NCBI GenBank assembly: GCA_964016885.1
Contig: OZ024741.1
Coordinates: forward strand, 249,550,001 to 249,614,000
Origin: Eledone cirrhosa
Taxonomy: Eukaryota
DNA: 64,000 bases
Direction: 5' to 3'
Shown here in pieces: positions 24,101-36,800 of the stretch (positions within the stretch are counted from its first letter, which is position 1; every line of letters begins with the position of its first letter). A program made the translations under genes and the position numbers. Below the pieces are notes generated by a model, which ran no database searches, was not told where the DNA came from, and saw nothing but the letters and a program-made list of their open reading frames with translations.

Positions 24101-27059
24101 ATTTGTAAAAAAAATCAAGGGGAGATAATTTCCAGCCGTCCAAGGGGAGGTAATATCTAGCCATCCAAGGGGAGATAATTTCCAGCCGTCCAAGGGGAGA
24201 TAATTTCCAGCCGTCCAAGGGGAGATAATATCCAGCCGTCCAAGGAGACATATTTTCCAGCCGTCCAAGGAGAGGTAATTTCTAGCCGTCCAAGGGGAGA
24301 TAAGTTCCAGCCTCCAAGGGGAGATAATTTCCAGCCAGCCAAGGGGAGATAATTTGTAAAAAAATCAGGGGGAGATAATTTGTAAAAAAAAATCAGGGGG
24401 AGATAATTTGTAAAAAAATCAGGGGGAGATAATTTGTAAAAAAATCAGGGGGAGATAATTTGTAAAAAAAATCAGGGGGAGATAATTTGTAAAAAAAATC
24501 AGGGGGAGATAATTTGTAAAAAAAATCAGGGGGAGATAATTTGTAAAAAAAATCAGGGGTAGATAATTTTCAGCCCTCCAAGGGGAGATAATTTCCATCC
24601 TTCCAAGGGGAGATAATTTCCAGCCGTCCAAGGGGAGATAATTTCCCGCCAGCCAAGGAGAGATAACATTTAAAAAAATCAGGCGGAGATAATTTGTAAA
24701 AAAAATCAGGGGGAGATAATTTGTAAAAAAATCAGGGGGAGATAATTTGTAAAAAAAATCAGGGGTAGATAATTTCCAGCCGTCCAAGGGGAGATAATTT
24801 CCATCCTTCCAAGGGGAGATAATTTCCAGCCGTCCAAGGGGAGATAATTTCCCGCCAGCCAAGGAGAGATAATATTTAAAAAAATCAGGCGGAGATAATT
24901 TGTAAAAAAAATCAGGGGGAGATAATTTGTAAAAAAATCAGGGGGAGATAATTTGTAAAAAAAAATCAGGGGGAGATAATTTGTAAAAAAAATCAGGGGG
25001 AGATAATTTGTAAAAAAAAATCAGGGGTAGATAATTTGTAAAAAAAAATCAGGGGGAGATAATTTGTAAAAAAAAAATCAGAGGGAGATAATTTGTAAAA
25101 AAATCAAGGGGAGATAATTTCCAGCCGTCCAAGGGGAGATAATTTTCAGCCGTCCAAGGAGAGGTAATTTCTAGCCGTCCAAGGGGAGATAATTTCCAGC
25201 CGTCCAAGGGGAGATAATATCCAGCCGTCCAAGGAGACATATTTTCCAGCCGTCCAAGGAGACGTAATTTCTAGCCGTCCAAGGGGAGATAAGTTCCAGC
25301 CTCCAAGGGGAGATAATTTCCAGCCAGCCAAGGGGAGATAATTTGTAAAAAAATTAGGGGGAGATAATTTGTAAAAAAAAATTAGGGGGAGATAATTTGT
25401 AAAAAAAAATCAGGGGGAGATAATTTGTAAAAAAAAATCAGGGGGAGATAATTTGTAAAAAAAATCAAGGGGAGATAATTTCCAGCCGTCCAAGGGGAGA
25501 TAATTTTCAGCCGTCCAAGGAGAGGTAAATTCTAGCCGTCCAAGGAGATATAATTTCCAGCCGTCCAAGGGGAGATAATTTCCAGCCGTCCAAGGGGAGA
25601 TAATTTTTAAAAAAAAATCAGGCGGAGATAATTTGTAAACAAAAATCAGGGGGAGATAATTTTTAAAAAAAAATCAGGGGGAGATAATTTGTAAAAAAAA
25701 ATCAGGGGGAGATAATTTGTAAAAAAAATCAAGGGGAGATAATTTCCAGCCGTCCAAGGGGAGGTAATATCTAGCCATCCAAGGGGAGATAATTTCCAGC
25801 CGTCCAAGGGGAGATAATTTCCAGCCGTCCAAGGGGAGATAATATCCAGCCGTCCAAGGAGACATATTTTCCAGCCGTCCAAGGAGAGGTAATTTCTAGC
25901 CGTCCAAGGGGAGATAAGTTCCAGCCTCCAAGGGGAGATAATTTCCAGCCAGCCAAGGGGAGATAATTTGTAAAAAAATCAGGGGGAGATAATTTGTAAA
26001 AAAAAAATCAGGGGGAGATAATTTGTAAAAAAATCAGGGGGAGATAATTTGTAAAAAAAATCAGGGGGAGATAATTTGTAGAAAAAATCAGGGGTAGATA
26101 ATTTGTAAAAAAAATCAGGGGTAGATAATTTCCAGCCGTCCAAGGGGAGATAATTTCCATCCTTCCAAGGGGAGATAATTTCCAGCCGTCCAAGGGGAGA
26201 TAATTTCCCGCCAGCCAAGGAGAGATAATATTTAAAAAAATCAGGCGGAGATAATTTGTAAAAAAAATCAGGGGGAGATAATTTGTAGAAAAATCAGGGG
26301 GAGATAATTTGTAAAAAAAAATCAGGGGGAGATAATTTGTAAAAAAAAATCAGGGGGAGATAATTTGTAAAAAAAAATCAGGGGTAGATAATTTGTAAAA
26401 AAAAATCAGGGTGAGATAATTTGTAAAAAAAATCAGGGGGAGATAATTTGTAAAAAAAATCAGGGGTAGATAATTTGTAAAAAAAATCAGGGGGAGATAA
26501 TTTGTAAAAAAAATCAGGGGGAGATAATTTGTAAAAAAAATCAGGGGTAGATAATTTTCAGCCGTCCAAGGGGAGATAATTTCCATCCTTCCAAGGGGAG
26601 ATAATTTCCAGCCGTCCAAGGGGAGATAATTTCCCGCCAGCCAAGGAGAGATAACATTTAAAAAAATCAGGCGGAGATAATTTGTAAAAAAATCAGGGGG
26701 AGATAATTTGTAAAAAAAATCAGGGGTAGATAATTTCCAGCCGTCCAAGGGGAGATAATTTCCATCCTTCCAAGGGGAGATAATTTCCAGCCGTCCAAGG
26801 GGAGATAATTTCCCGCCAGCCAAGGAGAGATAATATTTAAAAAAATCAGGCGGAGATAATTTGTAAAAAAAATCAGGGGGAGATAATTTGTAAAAAAATC
26901 AGGGGGAGATAATTTGTAAAAAAAAATCAGGGGGAGATAATTTGTAAAAAAAAATCAGGGGGAGATAATTTGTAAAAAAAAATCAGGGGTAGATAATTTG
27001 TAAAAAAAAATCAGGGTGAGATAATTTGTAAAAGAAAAATCAGGGGGAGATAATTTGTA

Positions 27060-30000
27060 AAAAAATCAAGGGGAGATAATTTCCAGCCGTCCAAGGGGAG
27101 ATAATTTTCAGCCGTCCAAGGAGAGGTAATTTCTAGCCGTCCAAGGGGAGATAATTTCCAGCCGTCCAAGGGGAGATAATTTTTTTAAAAAAATCAGGCG
27201 GAGATAATTTGTAAACAAAAATCAGGGGGAGATAATTTGTAAAAAAAAATCAGGGGGAGATAATTTGTAAAAAAAAATCAGGGGGAGATAATTTGTAAAA
27301 AAAATCAAGGGGAGATAATTTGTCAAAAAAAATCAGGGGTAGATAATTTGTAAAAAAAAATCAGGGGGAGATAATTTGTAAAAAAAAAATCAGGGGGAGA
27401 TAATTTGTAAAAAAATCAAGGGGAGATAATTTTCAGCCGTCCAAGGAGAGGTAATTTCTAGCCGTCCAAGGGGAGATAATTTCCAGCCAGCCAAGGGGAG
27501 ATAATTTGTAAAAAAATCAGGGGTAGATAATTTGTAAAAAAAATTCAGGGGGAGATAATTTGTAAAAAAAATCAGGGGGAGATAATTTGTAAAAAAAATC
27601 AGGGGTAGATAATTTCCAGCCGTCCAAGGGGAGATAATTTCCATCCTTCCAAGGGGAGATAATTTCCAGCCGTCCAAGGGGAGATAATTTCCCGCCAGCC
27701 AAGGAGAGAAAACATTTAAAAAAATCAGGCGGAGATAATTTGTAAAAAAAATCAGGGGGAGATAATTTGTAAAAAAATCAGGGGGAGATAATTTGTAAAA
27801 AAAATCAGGGGTAGATAATTTCCAGCCGTCCAAGGGGAGATAATTTCCATCCTTCCAAGGGGAGATAATTTCCAGCCGTCCAAGGGGAGATAATTTCCCG
27901 CCAGCCAAGGAGAGATAATATTTAAAAAAATCAGGCGGAGATAATTTGTAAAAAAAATCAGGGGGAGATAATTTGTAAAAAAATCAGGGGGAGATAATTT
28001 GTAAAAAAAAATCAGGGGAGATAATTTGTAAAAAAAATCAGGGGGAGATAATTTGTAAAAAAAAATCAGGGGTAGATAATTTGTAAAAAAAAATCAGGGG
28101 GAGATAATTTGTAAAAAAAAAATCAGGGGGAGATAATTTGTAAAAAAATCAAGGGGAGATAATTTCCAGCCGTCCAAGGGGAGATAATTTTCAGCCGTCC
28201 AAGGAGGTAATTTCTAGCCGTCCAAGGGGAGATAATTTCCAGCCGTCCAAGGGGAGATAATTTTTTTAAAAAAATCAGGCGGAGATAATTTGTAAACAAA
28301 AATCAGGGGGAGATAATTTGTAAAAAAAAATCAGGGGGAGATAATTTGTAAAAAAAAATCAGGGGGAGATAATTTGTAAAAAAAATCAAGGGGAGATAAT
28401 TTCCAGCCGTCCAAGGGGAGGTAATATCTAGCCATCCAAGGGGAGATAATTTCCAGCCGTCCAAGGGGAGATAATTTCCAGCCGTCCAAGGGGAGATAAT
28501 ATCCAGCCGTCCAAGGAGACATATTTTCCAGCCGTCCAAGGAGAGGTAATTTCTAGCCGTCCAAGGGGAGATAAGTTCCAGCCTCCAAGGGGAGATAATT
28601 TCCAGCCAGCCAAGGGGAGATAATTTGTAAAAAAATCAGGGGGAGATAATTTGTAAAAAAAAAATCAGGGGGAGATAATTTGTAAAAAAATCAGGGGGAG
28701 ATAATTTGTAAAAAAAATCAGGGGGAGATAATTTGTAGAAAAAATCAGGGGTAGATAATTTGTAAAAAAAATCAGGGGTAGATAATTTCCAGCCGTCCAA
28801 GGGGAGATAATTTCCATCCTTCCAAGGGGAGATAATTTCCAGCCGTCCAAGGGGAGATAATTTCCCGCCAGCCAAGGAGAGATAATATTTAAAAAAATCA
28901 GGCGGAGATAATTTGTAAAAAAAATCAGGGGGAGATAATTTGTAAAAAAATCAGGGGGAGATAATTTGTAAAAAAAATCAGGGGGAGATAATTTGTAAAA
29001 AAAATCAGGGGGAGATAATTTGTAAAAAAAATCAGGGGTAGATAATTTGTAAAAAAAAATCAGGGGGAGATAATTTGTAAAAAAAAAATCAGGGGGAGAT
29101 AATTTGTAAAAAAATCAAGGGGAGATAATTTCCAGCCGTCCAAGGGGAGATAATTTTCAGCCGTCCAAGGAGAGGTAATTTCTAGCCGTCCAAGGGGAGA
29201 TAATTTCCAGCCGTCCAAGGGGAGATAATTTTTTTTAAAAAATCAGGCGGAGATAATTTGTAAACAAAAATCAGGGGGAGATAATTTGTAAAAAAAAATC
29301 AGGGGGAGATAATTTGTAAAAAAAAATCAGGGGGAGATAATTTGTAAAAAAAATCAAGGGGAGATAATTTGTCAAAAAAAATCAGGGGTAGATAATTTGT
29401 AAAAAAAAATCAGGGGGAGATAATTTGTAAAAAAAAAATCAGGGGGAGATAATTTGTAAAAAAATCAAGGGGAGATAATTTCCAGCCGTCCAAGGGGAGA
29501 TAATTTTCAGCCGTCCAAGGAGAGGTAATTTCTAGCCGTCCAAGGGGAGATAATTTCCAGCCAGCCAAGGGGAGATAATTTGTAAAAAAATCAGGGGTAG
29601 ATAATTTGTAAAAAAAAATCAGGGGGAGATAATTTGTAAAAAAAATCAGGGGGAGATAATTTGTAAAAAAAATCAGGGGTAGATAATTTCCAGCCGTCCA
29701 AGGGGAGATAATTTCCATCCTTCCAAGGGGAGATAATTTCCAGCCGTCCAAGGGGAGATAATTTCCCGCCAGCCAAGGAGAGATAACATTTAAAAAAATC
29801 AGGCGGAGATAATTTGTAAAAAAAATCAGGGGGAGATAATTTGTAAAAAAATCAGGGGGAGATAATTTGTAAAAAAAATCAGGGGTAGATAATTTCCAGC
29901 CGTCCAAGGGGAGATAATTTCCATCCTTCCAAGGGGAGATAATTTCCAGCCGTCCAAGGGGAGATAATTTCCCGCCAGCCAAGGAGAGATAATATTTAAA

Positions 30001-30830
30001 AAAATCAGGCGGAGATAATTTGTAAAAAAAATCAGGGGGAGATAATTTGTAAAAAAATCAGGGGGAGATAATTTGTAAAAAAAAATCAGGGGAGATAATT
30101 TGTAAAAAAAATCAGGGGGAGATAATTTGTAAAAAAAAATCAGGGGTAGATAATTTGTAAAAAAAAATCAGGGGGAGATAATTTGTAAAAAAAAAATCAG
30201 GGGGAGATAATTCGTAAAAAAATCAAGGGGAGATAATTTCCAGCCGTCCAAGGGGAGATAATTTTCAGCCGTCCAAGGAGGTAATTTCTAGCCGTCCAAG
30301 GGGAGATAATTTCCAGCCGTCCAAGGGGAGATAATTTTTTTAAAAAAATCAGGCGGAGATAATTTGTAAACAAAAATCAGGGGGAGATAATTTGTAAAAA
30401 AAAATCAGGGGGAGATAATTTGTAAAAAAAAATCAGGGGGAGATAATTTGTAAAAAAAATCAAGGGGAGATAATTTCCAGCCGTCCAAGGGGAGGTAATA
30501 TCTAGCCATCCAAGGGGAGATAATTTCCAGCCGTCCAAGGGGAGATAATTTCCAGCCGTCCAAGGGGAGATAATATCCAGCCGTCCAAGGAGACATATTT
30601 TCCAGCCGTCCAAGGAGAGGAAATTTCTAGCCGTCCAAGGGGAGATAAGTTCCAGCCTCCAAGGGGAGATAATTTCCAGCCAGCCAAGGGGAGATAATTT
30701 GTAAAAAAATCAGGGGGAGATAATTTGTAAAAAAAAAATCAGGGGGAGATAATTTGTAAAAAAATCAGGGGGAGATAATTTGTAAAAAAAATCAGGGGGA
30801 GATAATTTGTAGAAAAAATCAGGGGTAGAT
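27060..30830 (+). repeat. Duplication, offset 2049-2074 bp, plus a short match at offset 2657 (25979 vs 28636)
   Basis: TGTCAAAA at 27321/29370. ORF offsets 27517->29591 and 28303->30377 are 2074. Identical 79-aa ORFs at 25979 and 28636. Confidence 0.8.
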
Positions 30831-33800
30831 AATTTGTAAAAAAAATCAGGGGGAGATAATTTGTAAAAAAAATCAGGGGGAGATAATTTGTAAAAAAAAT
30901 CAGGGGTAGATAATTTTCAGCCGTCCAAGGGGAGATAATTTCCATCCTTCCAAGGGGAGATAATTTCCAGCCGTCCAAGGGGAGATAATTTCCCGCCAGC
31001 CAAGGAGAGATAACATTTAAAAAAATCAGGCGGAGATAATTTGTAAAAAAAATCAGGGGGAGATAATTTGTAAAAAAATCAGGGGGAGATAATTTGTAAA
31101 AAAAATCAGGGGTAGATAATTTCCAGCCGTCCAAGGGGAGATAATTTCCATCCTTCCAAGGGGAGATAATTTCCAGCCGTCCAAGGGGAGATAATTTCCC
31201 GCCAGCCAAGGAGAGATAATATTTAAAAAAATCAGGCGGAGATAATTTGTAAAAAAAATCAGGGGGAGATAATTTGTAAAAAAATCAGGGGGAGATAATT
31301 TGTAAAAAAAAATCAGGGGGAGATAATTTGTAAAAAAAATCAGGGGGAGATAATTTGTAAAAAAAATCAGGGGTAGATAATTTGTAAAAAAAAATCAGGG
31401 GGAGATAATTTGTAAAAAAAAAATCAGGGGGAGATAATTTGTAAAAAAATCAAGGGGAGATAATTTCCAGCCGTCCAAGGGGAGATAATTTTCAGCCGTC
31501 CAAGGAGAGGTAATTTCTAGCCGTCCAAGGGGAGATAATTTCCAGCCGTCCAAGGGGAGATAATTTTTTTAAAAAAATCAGGCGGAGATAATTTGTAAAC
31601 AAAAATCAGGGGAAGATAATTTGTAAAAAAAAATCAGGGGGAGATAATTTGTAAAAAAAAATCAGGGGGAGATAATTTGTAAAAAAAATCAAGGGGATAT
31701 AATTTCCAGCCGTCCAAGGGGAGGTAATATCTAGCCATCCAAGGGGAGATAATTTCCAGCCGTCCAAGGGGAGATATTTTCCAGCCGTCCAAGGAGAGGT
31801 AATTTCTAGCCGTCCAAGGGGAGATAAGTTCCTGCCTCCAAGGGGAGATAATTTCCAGCCAGCCAAGGGGAGATAATTTGTAAAAAAATCAGGGGGAGAT
31901 AATTTGTAAAAAAAAAATCAGGGGGAGATAATTTGTAAAAAAATCAGGGGGAGATAATTTGTAAAAAAAAAATCAGGGGGAGATAATTTGTAAAAAAAAT
32001 CAGGGGGAGATAATTTGTAAAAAAAATCAGGGGTAGATAATTTGTAAAAAAAATCAGGGGGAGATAATTTGTAAAAAAAGTCAGGGGGAGATAATTTGTA
32101 AAAAAAATCAGGGGTAGATAATTTTCAGCCCTCCAAGGGGAGATAATTTCCATCCTTCCAAGGGGAGATAATTTCCAGCCGTCCAAGGGGAGATAATTTC
32201 CCGCCAGCCAAGGAGAGATAACATTTAAAAAAATCAGGCGGAGATAATTTGTAAAAAAAATCAGGGGGAGATAATTTGTAAAAAAATTAGGGGGAGATAA
32301 TTTGTAAAAAAAATCAGGGGTAGATAATTTCCAGCCGTCCAAGGGGAGATAATTTCCATCCTTCCAAGGGGAGATAATTTCCAGCCGTCCAAGGGGAGAT
32401 AATTTCCCGCCAGCCAAGGAGAGATAATATTTAAAAAAATCAGGCGGAGATAATTTGTAAAAAAAATCAGGGGGAGATAATTTGTAAAAAAATCAGGGGG
32501 AGATAATTTGTAAAAAAAAATCAGGGGGAGATAATTTGTAAAAAAAATCAGGGGGAGATAATTTGTAAAAAAAAATCAGGGGTAGATAATTTGTAAAAAA
32601 AAATCAGGGGGAGATAATTTGTAAAAAAAAATCAGGGGGAGATAATTTGTAAAAAAATCAAGGGGAGATAATTTCCAGCCGTCCAAGGGGAGATAATTTT
32701 CAGCCGTCCAAGGAGAGGTAATTTCTAGCCGTCCAAGGGGAGAGAATTTCCAGCCGTCCAAGGGGAGATAATTTTTTTAAAAAAATCAGGCGGAGATAAT
32801 TTGTAAACAAAAATCAGGGGGAGATAATTTGTAAAAAAAAATCAGGGGGAGATAATTTGTAAAAAAAAATCAGGGGGAGATAATTTGTAAAAAAAATCAA
32901 GGGGAGATAATTTCCAGCCGTCCAAGGGGAGGTAATATCTAGCCATCCAAGGGGAGATAATTTCCAGCCGTCCAAGGGGAGATAATTTCCAGCCGTCCAA
33001 GGGGAGATAATTTCCATCCTTCCAAGGGGAGATAATTTCCAGCCGTCCAAGGGGAGATAATTTCCCGCCAGCCAAGGAGAGATAACATTTAAAAAAATCA
33101 GGCGGAGATAATTTGTAAAAAAAATCAGGGGGAGATAATTTGTAAAAAAAAATCAGGGGTAGATAATTTGTAAAAAAAAATCAGGGGGAGATAATTTGTA
33201 AAAAAAATCAGGGGGAGATAATTTGTAAAAAAAATCAAGGGGAGATAATTTGTAAAAAAAAATCAGGGGTAGATAATTTGTAAAAAAAAATCAGGGGGAG
33301 ATAATTTGTAAAAAAAAAATCAGGGGGAGATAATTTGTAAAAAAATCAAGGGGAGATAATTTCCAGCCGTCCAAGGGGAGATAATTTTCAGCCGTCCAAG
33401 GAGAGGTAATTTCTAGCCGTCCAAGGGGAGATAATTTCCATCCAGCCAAGGGGAGATAATTTGTAAAAAAATCAGGGGTAGATAATTTGTAAAAAAAAAT
33501 CAGGGGGAGATAATTTGTAAAAAAAATCAGGGGTAGATAATTTCCAGCCGTCCAAGGGGAGATAATTTCCATCCTTCCAAGGGGAGATAATTTCCAGCCG
33601 TCCAAGGGGAGATAATTTCCCGCCAGCCAAGGAGAGATAACATTTAAAAAAATCAGGCGGAGATAATTTGTAAAAAAAATCAGGGGGAGATAATTTGTAA
33701 AAAAATCAGGGGGAGATAATTTGTAAAAAAAATCAGGGGTAGATAATTTCCAGCCGTCCAAGGGGAGATAATTTCCATCCTTCCAAGGGGAGATAATTTC

Positions 33801-36800
33801 CAGCCGTCCAAGGGGAGATAATTTCCCGCCAGCCAAGGAGAGATAATATTTAAAAAAATCAGGCGGAGATAATTTGTAAAAAAAATCAGGGGGAGATAAT
33901 TTGTAAAAAAATCAGGGGGAGATAATTTGTAAAAAAAAATCAGGGGAGATAATTTGTAAAAAAAATCAGGGGGTGATAATTTGTAAAAAAAATCAGGGGT
34001 AGATAATTTGTAAAAAAAAATCAGGGGGAGATAATTTGTAAAAAAAAAATCAGGGGGAGATAATTTGTAAAAAAATCAAGGGGAGATAATTTCCAACCGT
34101 CCAAGGGGAGATAATTTTCAGCCGTCCAAGGAGGTAATTTCTAGCCGTCCAAGGGGAGATAATTTCCAGCCGTCCAAGGGGAGATAATTTTTTTAAAAAA
34201 ATCAGGCGGAGATAATTTGTAAACAAAAATCAGGGGGAGATAATTTGTAAAAAAAAATCAGGGGGAGATAATTTGTAAAAAAAATCGAGGGGAGATAATT
34301 TCCAGCCGTCCAAGGGGAGGTAATATCTAGCCATCCAAAGGGAGATAATTTCCAGCCGTCCAAGGGGAGATAATTTCCAGCCGTCCAAGGGGAGATAATA
34401 TCCAGCCGTCCAAGGAGACATATTTTCCAGCCGTCCAAGGAGAGGTAATTTCTAGCCGTCCAAGGGGAGATAAGTTCCAGCCTCCAAGGGGAGATAATTT
34501 CCAGCCAGCCAAGGGGAGATAATTTGTAAAAAAATCAGGGGGAGATAATTTGTAAAAAAAAAATCAGGGGGAGATAATTTGTAAAAAAATCAGGGGGAGA
34601 TAATTTGTAAAAAAAAAATCAGGGGGAGATAATTTGTAAAAAAAATCAGGGGGAGATAATTTGTAGAAAAAATCAGGGGTAGATAATTTGTAAAAAAAAT
34701 CAGGGGGAGATAATTTGTAAAAAAAATCAGGGGGAGATAATTTGTAAAAGAAATCAGGGGTAGATAATTTTCAGTCGTCCAAGGGGAGATAATTTCCATC
34801 CTTCCAAGGGGAGATAATTTCCAGCCGTCCAAGGGGAGATAATTTCCCGCCAGCCAAGGAGAGATAACATTTAAAAAAATCAGGCGGAGATAATTTGTAA
34901 AAAAAATCAGGGGGAGATAATTTGTAAAAAAATCAGGGGGAGATAATTTGTAAAAAAAATCAGGGGTAGATAATTTCCAGCCGTCCAAGGGGAGATAATT
35001 TCCATCCTTCCAAGGGGAGATAATTTCCAGCCGTCCAAGGGGAGATAATTTCCCGCCAGCCAAGGAGAGATAATATTTAAAAAAATCAGGCGGAGATAAT
35101 TTGTAAAAAAAATCAGGGGGAGATAATTTGTAAAAAAATCAGGGGGAGATAATTTGTAAAAAAAAATCAGGGGGAGATAATTTGTAAAAAAAATCAGGGG
35201 GAGATAATTTGTAAAAAAAATCAGGGGTAGATAATTTGTAAAAAAAAATCAGGGGGAGATAATTTGTAAAAAAAAAATCAGGGGGAGATAATTTGTAAAA
35301 AAATCAAGGGGAGATAATTTCCAGCCGTCCAAAGGGAGATAATTTTCAGCCGTCCAAGGAGGTAATTTCTAGCCGTCCAAGGGGAGATAATTTCCAGCCG
35401 TCCAAGGGGAGATAATTTTTTTAAAAAAATCAGGCGGAGATAATTTGTAAACAAAAATCAGGGGGAGATAATTTGTAAAAAAAAATCAAGGGGAGATAAT
35501 TTCCAGCCGTCCAAGGGGAGGTAATATCTAGCCATCCAAGGGGAGATAATTTCCAGCCGTCCAAGGGGAGATAATTTCCAGCCGTCCAAGGGGAGATAAT
35601 ATCCAGCCGTCCAAGGAGACATATTTTCCAGCCGTCCAAGGAGAGGAAATTTCTAGCCGTCCAAGGGGAGATAAGTTCCAGCCTCCAAGGGGAGATAATT
35701 TCCAGCCAGCCAAGGGGAGATAATTTGTAAAAAAATCAGGGGGAGATAATTTGTAAAAAAAAAATCAGGGGGAGATAATTTGTAAAAAAATCAGGGGGAG
35801 ATAATTTGTAAAAAAAATCAGGGGGAGATAATTTGTAGAAAAAATCAGGGGTAGATAATTTGTAAAAAAAATCAGGGGGAGATAATTTGTAAAAAAAATC
35901 AGGGGGAGATAATTTGTAAAAAAAATCAGGGGTAGATAATTTTCAGCCGTCCAAGGGGAGATAATTTCCATCCTTCCAAGGGGAGATAATTTCCAGCCGT
36001 CCAAGGGGAGATAATTTCCCGCCAGCCAAGGAGAGATAACATTTAAAAAAATCAGGCGGAGATAATTTGTAAAAAAAATCAGGGGGAGATAATTTGTAAA
36101 AAAATCAGGGGGAGATAATTTGTAAAAAAAATCAGGGGTAGATAATTTCCAGCCGTCCAAGGGGAGATAATTTCCATCCTTCCAAGGGGAGATAATTTCC
36201 AGCCGTCCAAGGGGAGATAATTTCCCGCCAGCCAAGGAGAGATAATATTTAAAAAAATCAGGCGGAGATAATTTGTAAAAAAAATCAGGGGGAGATAATT
36301 TGTAAAAAAATCAGGGGGAGATAATTTGTAAAAAAAAATCAGGGGGAGATAATTTGTAAAAAAAATCAGGGGGAGATAATTTGTAAAAAAAATCAGGGGT
36401 AGATAATTTGTAAAAAAAAATCAGGGGGAGATAATTTGTAAAAAAAAAATCAGGGGGAGATAATTTGTAAAAAAATCAAGGGGAGATAATTTCCAGCCGT
36501 CCAAGGGGAGATAATTTTCAGCCGTCCAAGGAGAGGTAATTTCTAGCCGTCCAAGGGGAGATAATTTCCAGCCGTCCAAGGGGAGATAATTTTTTTAAAA
36601 AAATCAGGCGGAGATAATTTGTAAACAAAAATCAGGGGAAGATAATTTGTAAAAAAAAATCAGGGGGAGATAATTTGTAAAAAAAAATCAGGGGGAGATA
36701 ATTTGTAAAAAAAATCAAGGGGATATAATTTCCAGCCGTCCAAGGGGAGGTAATATCTAGCCATCCAAGGGGAGATAATTTCCAGCCGTCCAAGGGGAGA

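Larger units (their letters stand above)
1..25500 (+). repeat. 11.1-kb tandem duplication (copy 1 ~1-11092; copy 2 ~11093-25500, enlarged by an internal 3399-bp duplication)
   Basis: The offset is 11095 (1096->12191, 3884->14979, 5268->16363), becomes 11122 after one extra B monomer (7339->18461, 8694->19816), then 14468/14551 (9951->24419, 10498->25049). Private variants: CCATTGGG at ~6083/17178 and GGCGGACATA at 8281/19403. Confidence 0.93.
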
